From a virus, in IMG/VR virus record IMGVR_UViG_3300025751_000003: a DNA stretch of 64,000 nucleotides; one strand, written 5' to 3'. Of this stretch, positions 17,333 to 25,520 are shown piece after piece (position 1 is the first letter of the stretch; each line of letters opens with the position of its first letter). The translations under genes and the position numbers were made by a program. The notes below the pieces were generated by a model that saw only the letters and a list, made by a program, of their open reading frames with translations, did no database searches and had not been told where the DNA came from.

Positions 17333-18050
17333 AATTATCTTCAAAGATAAAGAAGAAGGCTTGCGCTATGCATTGAAGATCCTGACGGATGCTGGCCTCA
17401 CGCCAGAGGAAATCGAGCGTGTTCGTGCCAAGAATAAGCCTGGCGTGAACATGGCGAAAGACCTTATCGGCCTGCGTCGATACATGGTCCAGGAACTGTT
17501 GGCGGCCAACATGAGCAACCGTCAAATTGCTGATGCATTGCAGCTCAGCAAGGAGACTGTCAATGCTGACCGTCATCACGCTCGCCAGCTTTATACGGAA
17601 AAGCTTCTACAAAGCGCAGACGTGCATCGGGCACGTCTGCTCAAAGAGCAAATGGACCTTAAAGACAAGGCCATGGAGGCGTTTGAACACAGCAAACGCA
17701 AGAAGGTGACCACCATTCAAGATGGTGACGATGGCAAGGGCGGCACCATGATCAAAGTGGAAGAGAGTGCCGGTGAACATGGCTTCTTGAACGTGGCGAA
17801 GAGCGCCCTGGTGGAACAGGCCAAGCTCCTGGGCCTGCACGAGCTAAAGCGTGAAGAGCAGCAAGATAAGACCTACCAGCAATTCCTGAAGGACTTGACT
17901 GTCACCATTGATAAAGAGAAGAAACTGAGTGAAGACACCGCGATGAAGGAAGGGGCTGTGGAGGTCGAAGCTGTAGACGCAAATGAGAACAATGAGGCTC
18001 ATGATGTAGCAGAGCGCACGCGATTTCTTCAAAGTTCAGAAAGTCTTTAG
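17319..18050 (+). CDS. HTH (sigma-70 region 4 / LuxR-like) DNA-binding protein; possible small terminase or regulator
   Basis: MSNRQIADALQLSKETVNADRHHARQ is an HTH followed by a coiled region. The ...GFLNVAKSALVEQAKLLGL tail resembles TerS proteins. Confidence 0.45.
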   Translation: MAQPEIIFKDKEEGLRYALKILTDAGLTPEEIERVRAKNKPGVNMAKDLIGLRRYMVQELLAANMSNRQIADALQLSKETVNADRHHARQLYTEKLLQSADVHRARLLKEQMDLKDKAMEAFEHSKRKKVTTIQDGDDGKGGTMIKVEESAGEHGFLNVAKSALVEQAKLLGLHELKREEQQDKTYQQFLKDLTVTIDKEKKLSEDTAMKEGAVEVEAVDANENNEAHDVAERTRFLQSSESL

Positions 18051-18109
18051 CCCCGGTAGTTGACTGGCTTCGTTATCGTCGGCAAGATACAAGCGTCGCT
18101 CAGGTTTCA

Positions 18110-18547
18110 TTGTCTTTTTCCTTTAACAGCGTCGACGACTTCCTGCGAAAAGCTAGTGAAGCCAAGAGTGAGCAACGGGCGGAAGCTAACGCCTGGGCTC
18201 AAGATTTCCTTAATGATCCGCACACCATTGGCGTGCCTGTGGAGATGGCCGACACCATCGGCATTCTCATAGAAAAATATGGCGACGAGGCCCTTCGGCA
18301 AATCGCCCTGTTTTGCCTCGGCAAGTGGCATTCCATTCACTCTGGTGTCATCCAAGAGATGATTGAAATGGAGGACACCGCAGCCTCAATTGCTGCGGCA
18401 ATGGACTCCGCTCGCGTGAGTGGTGCCATTCAAATGCTTGAAAGCGTTGGCAGCTTCGGCGGTGACGATTCCTGGCGGGACATGCTCAAGGAAAGCATCA
18501 TCTCGGAAGTGGATGAGCACAAAGCTAGGGAGCAAAACGATGGTTGA
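18110..18547 (+). CDS. hypothetical protein
   Basis: 145-aa ORF. Confidence 0.55.
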   Translation: MSFSFNSVDDFLRKASEAKSEQRAEANAWAQDFLNDPHTIGVPVEMADTIGILIEKYGDEALRQIALFCLGKWHSIHSGVIQEMIEMEDTAASIAAAMDSARVSGAIQMLESVGSFGGDDSWRDMLKESIISEVDEHKAREQNDG

Positions 18548-18728
18548 CATGCCCAACACCATGAATGCCTATCTCATCACCACTAGCCGTGACGAGATGA
18601 TTTCCCTCATGGCACCAAGCGAACGGATAGCTCGCCAGTTATTTGCAACGCATTTCCCTCGTAAACGCATTTCAACAGTGACGGAATGGCCTTCTGACAT
18701 CCCTTGCACTGTTCCCTCCATCGAATGA
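18540..18728 (+). CDS. hypothetical protein
   Basis: ATG at 18540 overlaps the upstream stop (ATGGTTGA). Confidence 0.4.
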   Translation: MVDMPNTMNAYLITTSRDEMISLMAPSERIARQLFATHFPRKRISTVTEWPSDIPCTVPSIE

Positions 18729-18758
18729 TCCTTCCCACACTCCGACTCACTACCAGCC

Positions 18759-19310
18759 ATGCAGGAGGCATCTTCCAACTCGGTCCTGTCACCATCGAAT
18801 GGGCCAACACCATCCCAGAAGGCAGCCAGCTCGTGGGCCAGCCCTGTTGGGGCTGGACCACAGTCCTATTCCCAAATGACGTTTGGTTTTTCGGAAGATA
18901 AAGCGTCCGATGGACGGCAAGCATATATATGTATTCCACCAGCTCTAGCAAAGGAGGTGATGGCCAAGGCTAAGGAGAGCCCGCCACCTCATCCAGTGTG
19001 GGCCAGCGCCAAACGGCGTAGTCGCTACTTTGTTGTCACGGCTAAGTCCTTGGACGACCTCACTGAGATTGCAGACTTTGCTCGCGTGGAGTTGGAGGAG
19101 CCAGAAGAGCCTCTCACTAAAGCTCGCCGGCATGCTTTTCAAACCCTCCTTGGCCGCGCCCATCGCTACGCAGTGCTGGAACCACTGGGGGACTGCCACT
19201 GCTTAGCCACGGAATGGCGTGATCAGCCCCTGAAGGGCACCAAGGCTTCCTCTCGCATTGTGCGTGAACTTCGTGACGCAAAACGCACTAAGGGGTTGAC
19301 GCTCTGGTGA
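18759..19310 (+). CDS. hypothetical protein
   Basis: 183-aa ORF. The true start may be the internal Met near 18876. Confidence 0.5.
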   Translation: MQEASSNSVLSPSNGPTPSQKAASSWASPVGAGPQSYSQMTFGFSEDKASDGRQAYICIPPALAKEVMAKAKESPPPHPVWASAKRRSRYFVVTAKSLDDLTEIADFARVELEEPEEPLTKARRHAFQTLLGRAHRYAVLEPLGDCHCLATEWRDQPLKGTKASSRIVRELRDAKRTKGLTLW

Positions 19311-19365
19311 AAAGGCGGCATCATGCCGCCAAGGGACGCGAGTCCCGCCCATTGCTTCTTAAATC

Positions 19366-19761
19366 ATGCATTCCAAAGTTGTGAGCGTTTCTGGCCACAC
19401 CAGCGAGCGTGGCATCTCTGTATTTGCCAAAAATGTTCTTGGCAATACTGTTCCTGTGATGTTTGGTGGCGAGCCCGTCACTGAAGGCGTGTTTCGCATA
19501 GGTGAATTACTACGTGCCTGTCAGGCCCTAGAAACTGCGCTTTGCGCTCTAGAGGGCCAACGCTTAGACGTTGGCCCAAGCCCAATGCTTGACAATGCAA
19601 TTAACGATTTGAACTATTTGCACATCCGCCTGGACGGACTGGTGCAAGCCACTGCTGTAATGCACGGTTCAGTGGTGGAATGCATGGCTGCCGAGAAGCC
19701 TGATCTTATGCAGAGCTACCTCAGCGCTTTTGCAAAGGCGGCAGGGCAAGGAGAAGTGTGA
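19366..19761 (+). CDS. hypothetical protein
   Basis: 131-aa ORF. Confidence 0.55.
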   Translation: MHSKVVSVSGHTSERGISVFAKNVLGNTVPVMFGGEPVTEGVFRIGELLRACQALETALCALEGQRLDVGPSPMLDNAINDLNYLHIRLDGLVQATAVMHGSVVECMAAEKPDLMQSYLSAFAKAAGQGEV

Positions 19762-19763
19762 CA

Positions 19764-19919
19764 ATGGATAGAGAACTAATGCAGTGGACAATGAAGCCTT
19801 CTGAATTCTTTGATGCAATGGCAGCTCGTATGCGGCGCCTTGAGAAACGCCTAGCCAAAGTCAAGAAGAGCGAAGAAGAACTCATTCTTGAACGCTACCG
19901 CCAAGCTACGTCCATCTAA
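19764..19919 (+). CDS. hypothetical 51-aa protein
   Basis: Below the track cutoff (MDRELMQWTMKPSEFFDAMAARMRRLEKRLAKVKKSEEELILERYRQATSI). A terminator follows it. Confidence 0.4.
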   Translation: MDRELMQWTMKPSEFFDAMAARMRRLEKRLAKVKKSEEELILERYRQATSI

Positions 19920-19922
19920 ATC

Positions 19923-19948
19923 AAAGGCCCCAACAGGGGCCTTTTTTA
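19923..19948 (+). terminator. rho-independent terminator
   Basis: AAAGGCCCC-aaca-GGGGCCTTT followed by TTT. Confidence 0.75.
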
Positions 19949-19988
19949 TTACTCCCTTTAGAATTGTTTCTGATATTGCCATGTGAAT

Positions 19989-20309
19989 ATGTTGTCCACA
20001 GCAATGCGTCAGCGAGTGGAATTTATTTGCCAACGCATTGCACAAGGAGCGCCTGTTGAGCTTTCCGAGATGGCATGGCTACAGAAGCTCGCAGCTCGCA
20101 ACCCAACAGTGAACGATTGGCTCAAGAAGGCGCGTGATGTGGCGATCAATGGAGAGATGTCTCAGGAAAGCCTGGATGGCTTCTGTCAAGCCTTAGGGAT
20201 TGTTGACTCCGATCCATCGGACCACCTCACCGGTCCGCAGGATCCTGTGGCGATAGCGGAGTGGTTTCAGAGCAAGCAGCGGTGGTTTCGCGGCCAGTCT
20301 TCCCTTTAG
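19989..20309 (+). CDS. hypothetical protein
   Basis: ATG at 19989 in track ORF 19983..20309. Confidence 0.5.
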   Translation: MLSTAMRQRVEFICQRIAQGAPVELSEMAWLQKLAARNPTVNDWLKKARDVAINGEMSQESLDGFCQALGIVDSDPSDHLTGPQDPVAIAEWFQSKQRWFRGQSSL

Positions 20310-20454
20310 CTCGCGCCCAGGTGGAATCGTTCGGTAGCGGTTCAGTGCCGTATTCAAAGGTGTCGTAGTCCTCTTCATTGCGAGGGTCATAAATCGCTCC
20401 TTCGCGCATCCATTGTGCGAGGCGTTCCTTTTCCTGCTCTAGTGAAAGCTTCAT
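20227..20454 (-). CDS. hypothetical protein (lone minus-strand ORF)
   Basis: MKLSLEQEKERLAQWMREGAIYDPRNEEDYDTFEYG. Its 3' end overlaps the convergent ORF by 83 nt. Confidence 0.4.
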   Translation of the reverse strand: MKLSLEQEKERLAQWMREGAIYDPRNEEDYDTFEYGTEPLPNDSTWARAKGKTGRETTAACSETTPLSPQDPADR

Positions 20455-20503
20455 GCCGGGTCCGGCCAATGATGTATAGAGACTAGCTAGGTATGTATCT
20501 ACG

Positions 20504-20534
20504 AAAAAGGCGGGCCTTGAAGCCCGCCTTTCTT
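20504..20534. terminator. bidirectional terminator
   Basis: AAAAA-GGCGGGC-cttgaa-GCCCGCC-TTTCTT. Confidence 0.7.
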
Positions 20535-20872
20535 AATAGTTGTGGCCTCCGATAAGCAATTTTACCAACGAGAGCGAAGCTCAATCGTAGGGACAGTGCG
20601 CTCCTGGGGTCCATGCGATACCCTGATTCACTTCGTCACGAAGATCGTCCGCACTGTCTCGCCCGTCCACCCTTACGGCTCGCCATGCGACTGACGAGGG
20701 AAGCGGTTAAACCTCCAGGACCGACCACTGAGCAATAGTAGCACCAGCAACACCAAGCTGCTCCCCGCACCAATTCTTAAGAAATTCACGGGCCACGCAG
20801 AAAATGGGGCACAATAGTGAAACTGCAAAGCCGGAGACGGCCTGCAGCTCCTGGAGCTACTCTCTTTTTCTG

Positions 20873-21229
20873 ATGCTTCGTTTTCTGTCTTCTCTCCTGC
20901 TGCTGGGCACCATTGCACCATCCACCCAGGCAGCAGCGTTTCAATGCGGCCAAGCAAGCCACTACGGCGTTGGCGATGGCTACCACGGGCAACGAACTGC
21001 CTCTGGCCAACGGTTTGATGCCTATGGCATGACCGCCGCCCATCCATCACTGCCCATGGGCTCACGGGTGCTTGTAAAGAACCGTGACAATGGCAAGACG
21101 GTGCTGGTGACCATCAATGATCGCGGTCCTTACATTGGCGGCCGTGTGCTTGACCTGTCCTACGGGAGCTTCTCTCGCATCGCTCCACCTAGTCAGGGCA
21201 TAGCCAACATTTGCATGAGCAAAGCCTGA
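20873..21229 (+). CDS. secreted RlpA-like double-psi beta-barrel protein
   Basis: Signal peptide MLRFLSSLLLLGTIAPSTQAAA, then ASHYG..GYHGQRTASGQRFDAYGMTAAHPSLPMGSRVLV.N..NGKTVLVTINDRGPY. Confidence 0.75.
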   Translation: MLRFLSSLLLLGTIAPSTQAAAFQCGQASHYGVGDGYHGQRTASGQRFDAYGMTAAHPSLPMGSRVLVKNRDNGKTVLVTINDRGPYIGGRVLDLSYGSFSRIAPPSQGIANICMSKA

Positions 21230-21249
21230 TCAGCTCTCCTCCTGGAACC

Positions 21250-21429
21250 ATGCTTGACCGCCTCGCTTCTCTTAGTTTCCTGCTCACCGTTTGTGGCCTG
21301 GGCTTCTTCACCCTGATTGCTGCTCCACAAGTGCAGCCCAATCACGCAGGCCTGGCTAAATGCAAGGAGCTTCACCCCGTTCGCTATTGCCGAATTGCGA
21401 ATGGCTTCCCCGTGGAGCCCCTGCGCTGA
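21250..21429 (+). CDS. small membrane/secreted protein
   Basis: MLDRLASLSFLLTVCGLGFFTLIAAP... with two Cys residues. A terminator follows it. Confidence 0.45.
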   Translation: MLDRLASLSFLLTVCGLGFFTLIAAPQVQPNHAGLAKCKELHPVRYCRIANGFPVEPLR

Positions 21430-21454
21430 TAAACTGCCCCTGGAATGTTCAGAC

Positions 21455-21478
21455 AAGGCCCTTGACAGGGCCTTTTTC
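21455..21478 (+). terminator. rho-independent terminator
   Basis: AAGGCCCT-tgac-AGGGCCTT followed by TTT. Confidence 0.7.
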
Positions 21479-21528
21479 ATGCTCTACCATTCCGGCAAGC
21501 CCGCGAGGGTGACCTTTCCTTAGTCGCC

Positions 21529-21924
21529 ATGACTGCTTCTTCTCATTTCCGCGTTAGCAAGAAGGCCCAAGATTCCCTGGGTATCACCGTGCTGAACGTG
21601 CTCCAGCATTGTGTGGTCATTCGCACCGAGCGTGGCCCTCGTTTCATGAGCCGCAAGGTGTTTGATTCCTGGGAAGCCAAGCAGCGTGCCCACAAGGCAC
21701 GCGGGTGCCATGCCCGGTACATCGCCAACAACGTGTGGATGGTGCTCGATCCCACCACTAACACTGACGCTCACACCGTCATTCGCACTGGCGCCTACGC
21801 CAAAGGTATTGAAGGCAAGTGGAGCTGCACCTGCACTGACGCCCATTTCATGATGGAGCGTGGCCAGGAGCCCTGCTGCAAGCACATCCTTGCAGCTCAC
21901 ATGCAACTCAACATCGGCTCATGA
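21529..21924 (+). CDS. SWIM zinc-finger protein
   Basis: CTCTDAHFMMERGQEPCCKHILAAH fits the CxC..CxH SWIM pattern. Confidence 0.55.
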   Translation: MTASSHFRVSKKAQDSLGITVLNVLQHCVVIRTERGPRFMSRKVFDSWEAKQRAHKARGCHARYIANNVWMVLDPTTNTDAHTVIRTGAYAKGIEGKWSCTCTDAHFMMERGQEPCCKHILAAHMQLNIGS

Positions 21925-22106
21925 ACGACGATCTCTATTTCCCTGCATTGGACTCCCTGGAAAACAGGCTTGGTGACGCACTGGGCCTGGCCATCGGCCT
22001 CATCCGCAACCCAGAGGCATTGAACAATCAAACCATGGCCACCATTGAGAAAGCCTTTGGTGAATGGTGCGACAAGCAGATTGATGAAATACAAAATGAA
22101 GACTAG
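21921..22106 (+). CDS. hypothetical protein
   Basis: 61-aa ORF with an ATGA overlap. Confidence 0.45.
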   Translation: MNDDLYFPALDSLENRLGDALGLAIGLIRNPEALNNQTMATIEKAFGEWCDKQIDEIQNED

Positions 22107-22227
22107 GGCCGCCATTCAGGAGCAGCCCCGCCTGAGACAGACCAGGCTTCACGAGGCCTGGTCGTAACGACGCTCTATCGCCGGTAACGCCCCATGAAGA
22201 AATCAATGGGCTCCATCACCATAGTCA

Positions 22228-22440
22228 ATGGCTAAGTTCCAAGTGGGCGCCATCGTCGATCTTTACGACGTAGGCCTGAAGCAATGGAGGGGCGAATATA
22301 TCGTCATCAAAATCCCGGAAGATGGCCGCGGCCTTTACAAGATCCGAAATACCAAGACCAATAGTCAGCAATTTGTTCGTGAGAAGGCGCTGCGTGTGGG
22401 TCGCTTAGGGCCATATCGCATTGAAAGCTTGAAGCCTTGA
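22228..22440 (+). CDS. hypothetical protein (SH3/KOW-like)
   Basis: 70-aa ORF (MAKFQVGAIVDLYDVGLKQWRGEYIVIKI). Confidence 0.5.
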   Translation: MAKFQVGAIVDLYDVGLKQWRGEYIVIKIPEDGRGLYKIRNTKTNSQQFVREKALRVGRLGPYRIESLKP

Positions 22441-22501
22441 GCGCCATGGTGTAGGATTCTGGGCATCGGAGCCGGAGACGGTTCCTTAAGCCTGAATCAC
22501 C

Positions 22502-22867
22502 ATGATCACCACCTTCAAGACCACCTGCGTTTGCCCCAACTGCGACGGCAAAGGCAAGCTCCCTCACTACAGCCACATCGCTAACGGCGACTGCTTCGCC
22601 TGCGGCGGCACCGGCACCCTCAAGATCACTGAATTCATCGGCGACAACTCCGACGTGATCCTGGAAGTGAACACCCGTCGCGGCAAGTTCGATAGCGCCT
22701 GCCTGCGCTGCCGCACCTGGAAGAACGAGAAAGCCGGTGATGGCAAGACCTACCACAACTGGGGCCGGGACAAGTGGTGCCGTGAAATTGTCGACGCCGA
22801 TGAGGCTCGTGAGCTGTGGCGCAATGCCAAAGCCAACGGCATCAAAACCACCATCTGGGAATATTGA
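22502..22867 (+). CDS. DnaJ-type CxxCxGxG zinc-finger protein
   Basis: CPNCDGKG and CFACGGTG repeats. Confidence 0.55.
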   Translation: MITTFKTTCVCPNCDGKGKLPHYSHIANGDCFACGGTGTLKITEFIGDNSDVILEVNTRRGKFDSACLRCRTWKNEKAGDGKTYHNWGRDKWCREIVDADEARELWRNAKANGIKTTIWEY

Positions 22868-22870
22868 GCT

Positions 22871-22945
22871 TTGTTAAGCAGGAGCAGGGCCACCAAGGCC
22901 CCTGCTCTTGCTGGTGTATAGTTCTCTCACGGCCGGCGACGGTCC
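22871..22945 (+). promoter_or_regulatory. terminator-promoter cassette, copy 1
   Basis: TGTTAAGCAG, then a hairpin (GAGCAGGGCC/GGCCCCTGCTC), GGTGTATAGTTCT (22913..22925) and CCGGCGACGGTCCC. Confidence 0.6.
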
Positions 22946-22961
22946 CAACTGCCTGATCATC

Positions 22962-23348
22962 ATGACCTCCATCGTTTCTCCCTTGCAGGGCACCCAACTC
23001 CAGCCCGGCACCATCCTTTCTGGCTCCTGGGGCTACAGCATGACCATCGTGGATTTCTACGTCGTGGTCAAATGCACCGAGAAGACTGCTTGGGTGCAGC
23101 AAATCCAAGCCCATGAAGTGGATCATGGTCCTGCTGGTGGCCACGCCGTTCCTGAGCTAACTCGCAAGCCTGCTCTGGTGTTTCAGAACCGTGAAGACGG
23201 TCAGGGCGGTGAAATGGTGCAAGCCCCCATCAAGATGTTCCGCATCCGCAAGGACAAGGATGGTACGGAGTGGCTCTGGAACAGTAAGTTCAACTGCAGC
23301 CTCCGCATCTGGAACGGCAAGCGCGTTTACAGCAACCACTGGGACTGA
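22962..23348 (+). CDS. hypothetical protein
   Basis: ATG at 22962, 49 nt after the cassette motif. 128 aa. Confidence 0.55.
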   Translation: MTSIVSPLQGTQLQPGTILSGSWGYSMTIVDFYVVVKCTEKTAWVQQIQAHEVDHGPAGGHAVPELTRKPALVFQNREDGQGGEMVQAPIKMFRIRKDKDGTEWLWNSKFNCSLRIWNGKRVYSNHWD

Positions 23349-23359
23349 TTATTTCACTC

Positions 23360-23430
23360 TGTTAAGCAGCAGCGGGGCCTCAAAGCCCCGCTCTGCGCTG
23401 GTGTATAGTTCTTTCAACGGCGGCGACGCC
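23360..23430 (+). promoter_or_regulatory. terminator-promoter cassette, copy 2
   Basis: TGTTAAGCAG, then a hairpin (AGCGGGGC/GCCCCGCT), GGTGTATAGTTCT (23400..23412) and CGGCGACG. Confidence 0.6.
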
Positions 23431-23446
23431 TCTCCTGTTGAGAACC

Positions 23447-23659
23447 ATGACCTACCCCGCATTGAACCATGGCGATGAAGTGATGATCGAACATCGCTTC
23501 CGCTCTGAGCTTGCCGAAAAATACGCGGCAACTGCCAACCCCGACCCTGACTACCTAGCCAAGCTGCAACGAGACGCCGCCTACTGGCGTGAGCAATACA
23601 ACGCATATATCCGCTACATCCGCGTCACCAACACCAGCTACCACCTCGCTGAACGATGA
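23447..23659 (+). CDS. hypothetical protein
   Basis: GAGAACCATG start context. 70 aa. Confidence 0.5.
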   Translation: MTYPALNHGDEVMIEHRFRSELAEKYAATANPDPDYLAKLQRDAAYWREQYNAYIRYIRVTNTSYHLAER

Positions 23660-23934
23660 ATCTCCGCACCGTCCACGGCTTCACCGTCCCCTCCATCCAC
23701 CTCAACGGCACTGGCGGCACCACGCTCCGCGAGGAATACGCCAATGCCTACGAAGCCCTCAATAAGGCCGTGGAGGCATTCGTCAACACCACCTGCAACG
23801 CCCGTGATTTCTACGTGCAGGACCAGGGAGCCTTTGATAAGGCCCGCCACGAGCGGGCCGAGGCCCTGGAGCAGCTCAGGAAAAGCCAGCACTATGTCGG
23901 CTCAGTGCTGATGGGCATTTGTGACCAAATGTGA
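23656..23934 (+). CDS. hypothetical protein
   Basis: 92-aa ORF with an ATGA overlap. Confidence 0.55.
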   Translation: MNLRTVHGFTVPSIHLNGTGGTTLREEYANAYEALNKAVEAFVNTTCNARDFYVQDQGAFDKARHERAEALEQLRKSQHYVGSVLMGICDQM

Positions 23935-23939
23935 ACACG

Positions 23940-24010
23940 GGAAGCGGAGCCACCAAGGCTCCGCTTTTTCATGGTGTATAGTTCTGTTATCGGGCCGGCG
24001 ACGGTCCCCA
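23940..24010 (+). promoter_or_regulatory. terminator-promoter cassette, copy 3
   Basis: Hairpin (AAGCGGAGCC/GGCTCCGCTT), TTTTT, GGTGTATAGTTCT (23973..23985) and CCGGCGACGGTCCC. Confidence 0.6.
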
Positions 24011-24023
24011 TTCCTGGAGCATC

Positions 24024-24227
24024 ATGCCTCTCTTCTTCAATGACCGCGAAGCCTGCGTCGCCTTCTGTGAGCAGCGTGGTTGGACTCTCGGCCCCTGGCG
24101 CCTAGAGCCCGTTCTGGCCTCTACTGACCTGGCCTGGAAGGGCACTTGCACCCGCTGGATCATTCGCCTCATCTTTAACGATGGATGTGGCAACAGCGAG
24201 CTGCAGGGCTGGTTCACCCGCCTCTGA
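24024..24227 (+). CDS. hypothetical protein
   Basis: 67-aa ORF. Confidence 0.5.
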   Translation: MPLFFNDREACVAFCEQRGWTLGPWRLEPVLASTDLAWKGTCTRWIIRLIFNDGCGNSELQGWFTRL

Positions 24228-24231
24228 CCTT

Positions 24232-24266
24232 AAAAGGGCCGCCCCAAGCGGCCCCTTATATATATT
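24232..24266 (+). terminator. hairpin followed by a TATATATATT -10-like tract (variant cassette)
   Basis: GGGCCGC-cccaa-GCGGCCC followed by CTTATATATATT. Confidence 0.5.
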
Positions 24267-24293
24267 CCCCTTCCATCGATATATCCGAGAACC

Positions 24294-24479
24294 ATGCAAG
24301 ACGCCATCGCCGTTATTGCCATTTCTAAAAAGGGCAAATCCCGCATCGGCACTAAGCTCACCACTGCCATTGTCGAACAGAATCACCACGATAAAATCTT
24401 CGTTGTGTTTCCTGAGCTAAATCAATGCAGGTGGATTCGCAAAGACAACGATCCTGACTTTTCCATTGTTGATTCCTGA
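24294..24479 (+). CDS. hypothetical protein
   Basis: 61-aa ORF with a GAGAACCATG context. Confidence 0.5.
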   Translation: MQDAIAVIAISKKGKSRIGTKLTTAIVEQNHHDKIFVVFPELNQCRWIRKDNDPDFSIVDS

Positions 24480-24483
24480 AACC

Positions 24484-24789
24484 ATGCGTTACGTCTGTAA
24501 TTACAACGACAACGGTCCCTATTTCAGTGCTACGCAAGGGCAATATCAAGCAGCTCGCCTCAAAGAGCTGCTGATGCACGTGCGCGTGTGCATGGAAGAC
24601 GCAGATCAGGCCATTGGCGTGTTCAATGGTGACTCAGAGTGCATTGGTATGTGGCTTGATGAAGCAGAGCCCGTAGATGACGGGGAAGGTGGCATGGTGT
24701 TGGGCAAACCGTGCTACACGCTGTATCGCCCAGGCGACATGAGCGCCGGATTGTGGAACATGCACCTTCGCCATTTCAACAGGCCATGA
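24484..24789 (+). CDS. hypothetical protein
   Basis: Met at 24484 (GAAACCATG) within track ORF 24466..24789. Confidence 0.5.
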   Translation: MRYVCNYNDNGPYFSATQGQYQAARLKELLMHVRVCMEDADQAIGVFNGDSECIGMWLDEAEPVDDGEGGMVLGKPCYTLYRPGDMSAGLWNMHLRHFNRP

Positions 24790-24944
24790 TTCTCATTGAT
24801 TTCTTCTCTGAAGACGCCTGTAAGGGCACTGAGCTGATTGAAGGGTGGTATTTCTACGCTGATGACGATGATTCTGTCATTGGCGGGCCTTTCCCCAATG
24901 AGGAAGCCGCCCTCAAGGCGGCTTTCGATGGACATTCTTGGTGA
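24786..24944 (+). CDS. hypothetical acidic protein
   Basis: ATGA overlap (MILIDFFSEDACKGTELIEGWYFYADDDD...). Confidence 0.45.
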   Translation: MILIDFFSEDACKGTELIEGWYFYADDDDSVIGGPFPNEEAALKAAFDGHSW

Positions 24945-25048
24945 GACCCGGCTAGAGGTGTATTGGACCCGGCTAGGAATGTATCTATGGAAAAATTTTG
25001 GACCCGGCTAGGGTCGTATCTAGGGTCCGGCTAGGGTCGTATCTAGGG
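24945..25048 (+). repeat. four tandem iteron-like direct repeats
   Basis: GACCCGGCTAGAGGTGTATTG / GACCCGGCTAGGAATGTATCTATGG / GACCCGGCTAGGGTCGTATCTAGGG / TCCGGCTAGGGTCGTATCTAGGG. Confidence 0.8.
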
Positions 25049-25081
25049 AGGTCCATGCGGCTATGCGCCTCCCCGCATAGT

Positions 25082-25520
25082 AGTACAAATGTACTAGCCG
25101 ATTGTCACTGATAAGCAAAACTTATCATTCAGGCCCGAACGATAAGCTGGGCTTATCATATAAGCCAGGCCTATGGGAGGCCGCCCCATCCACAAGCTGG
25201 GCTTATCAGTGGCCCACCAGTACGTTTGCACTTGTGCCAATCCGGCACTGTCACACGATGCCGGTACGGATCGTGATGGCCTGCCCTGCCGATACGGATC
25301 GTGATCACACTGGCCCCTGCAGTGCGGATCGTGACGGGCAGCGCTGCTGATCAGCACCGTTAGCTTGTGCCAATCCGGCCTGCTGTCACAGCGGCCCCTT
25401 TGTCTGTATCCGTTGCTACATTCTGGCCCTTTGTAAGGTTTCGCAATATTTGCGCCGCTTGCACCTGGCCGTGCTAACGGCCCCGACCCTTTGCCCCCGC
25501 TTGTGCCAATCGACGGCCTG
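25082..25520. repeat. non-coding zone with several interleaved repeat families and palindromes
   Basis: AGTACAaaTGTACT; TGATAAGcaaaaCTTATCA; GATAAGCtggGCTTATC; CTTGTGCCAATC(CGGC) x3; (TA/TG)CGGATCGTGA x3; TGCTGATCAGCA. Confidence 0.75.

Noticed and set aside
20673-21065. 130-aa minus-strand ORF.
   Set aside because: It is antisense to the RlpA-like gene and extends into non-coding DNA. Its composition is Arg/Ser/Gly-rich.
24945-25048. The direct repeats considered as a CRISPR array.
   Set aside because: The repeats are adjacent or nearly so, with no unique spacers of regular length. There are only four imperfect copies and no cas genes or leader. Iterons fit better.
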